NCBI GenBank assembly: GCA_038087875.1
Contig: CM075989.1
Coordinates: 13,268,001 to 13,332,000, forward strand
Reading direction: 5' to 3'
Origin: Malacoraja senta
Lineage: Eukaryota
Length of the DNA: 64,000 nucleotides
Each line of letters starts with the position of its first letter. The stretch's first letter is position 1. Shown one piece after another: positions 62,981 through 64,000 of this stretch. The translations under genes and the position numbers were made by a program. Under the pieces are notes generated by a model that was given only the letters and a program-made list of their open reading frames with translations, made no database searches and was not told the origin of the DNA.

Positions 62981-63335
62981 GTAAGATTTTATTATTATTT
63001 TTCTGAAGTCTTTTCTCTCTGTGAGCAATGACTCATTACTGTACAAACCCTGAAACCCCTGTGGTGAGCTGCACAATAACTGGGATGTTTGGATCATGGG
63101 CAGAATCCTCATGAAATCCTTATTCCTCCGTTCAAGCAGCAACTGTGGCATTGGAGTTGCTTCACACCTGGAAAGTTATTGTGGTCAGCTTTGAACTGTT
63201 AAGTCTGGGTTTTAGCTAATGTAGCATATCCAAGTATTGAGTTTCAGAGCTGAACTAGATGGTTTATTTCCGCAATATATTTATGAAGAAAGCCATTTGG
63301 TGTTACGCAACTAAATATACACGTTTAACCTAAAG

Positions 63336-64000
63336 CATGGGGTAGGCAACCTTGTTCTGCATAGGGGCCAGGACCCATGCCTGTGAGTGGATGGTAGGCC
63401 ACATATATACATATTTATATATTTAAGCAATATTATGTCTACTGAACATAGCAGTTAGTTTGAGACACTGGTATTGAAACTACTCTCACCCCTCTGTCCT
63501 AAACTTCATGCAGACCCTTTGTTACCCTCTCTTCCCCCTCCCCCCATTCACTCTCTCCTCCCCCCTCCCGTCCCCCTCCTCCCCTCTCTCTCCACTTCTC
63601 CTCATCCTCTCCCCGCTCTCCAACGGCCAGCAGCGCGCCATCTTTGTGGAGGGCAGTCCTGGCCCTGACCCTCCCCCGGGTGAAGCGCGGGGACGGATGG
63701 TTCCGGGGCGCGCTGAGCACCAGGCACCACAGCCGCTGCAACTGCAACTACACTTTTACATCAGTGGAACCGCACCCACCAATCTAACTAACCTTTTGCC
63801 CAGTTCGTGGGGTTATATCAGTCCCGATTTTTTGTATCCACAAACAGGATTGCTAGGAGCATTAAAGCAAGTCTTTATGTTGCTGGCCATATTAAATGTC
63901 GCTGTATTAAACAGTCTAAAGAAGTCTAGATGACAGGAAAAAAAATACGCCTGCGGGCCAGAAGATTTAGGGTTATGGGCCGGATGTGGGCCGTAGGTTG
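63336..64000. mobile_element. hAT (Charlie-like) non-autonomous element, right end cut by the window edge
   Basis: Left catggggtaggcaacc; right ...gcgggcca...gggccgtaggttg reads as the start of the reciprocal TIR. Confidence 0.7.

Noticed and set aside
62981-64000. Final TRPM7 exon (LKRNDY...)
   Set aside because: Not found; presumably downstream of the window

Overview
Eukaryotic (vertebrate) genomic DNA. The repeats (HE1/V-type SINEs, CR1, Penelope-like elements) point to a cartilaginous fish, probably a skate or ray (inference). The whole window lies inside one + strand gene, the channel-kinase TRPM7. I located by eye 36 coding exons (mammalian numbering 2-21 and 23-38) with consistent splice sites and phases. 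Exon 1 (ATG) and the last exon were not found and probably lie outside the window. A 200-N assembly gap removes the end of exon 21 and all of the S5/pore-filter exon 22. The introns are full of mobile elements: CR1, L1, L2/Rex tails, Penelope-like GIY-YIG elements and short derivatives carrying minimal hammerhead-ribozyme motifs, plus Tc1, Tigger/pogo, Harbinger, ISL2EU-like, piggyBac-like and hAT elements. Best leads: (1) a 215-codon stop-free read-through of exon 26 with frame-compatible downstream donors, a Cys cluster and a YxNxxF motif; (2) an extra in-frame 54-nt cassette exon before the kinase; (3) hammerhead motifs, including copies in the pre-mRNA sense; (4) an inverted-repeat Penelope insertion 22 nt after exon 24; (5) a GC-AG intron; (6) apparent loss of known regulatory sites; (7) a Tigger fragment very like mammalian Tigger5/MER47. 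Comparisons to mammalian TRPM7 and to repeat consensus sequences are from memory, not database searches. Ends of old repeats are approximate.
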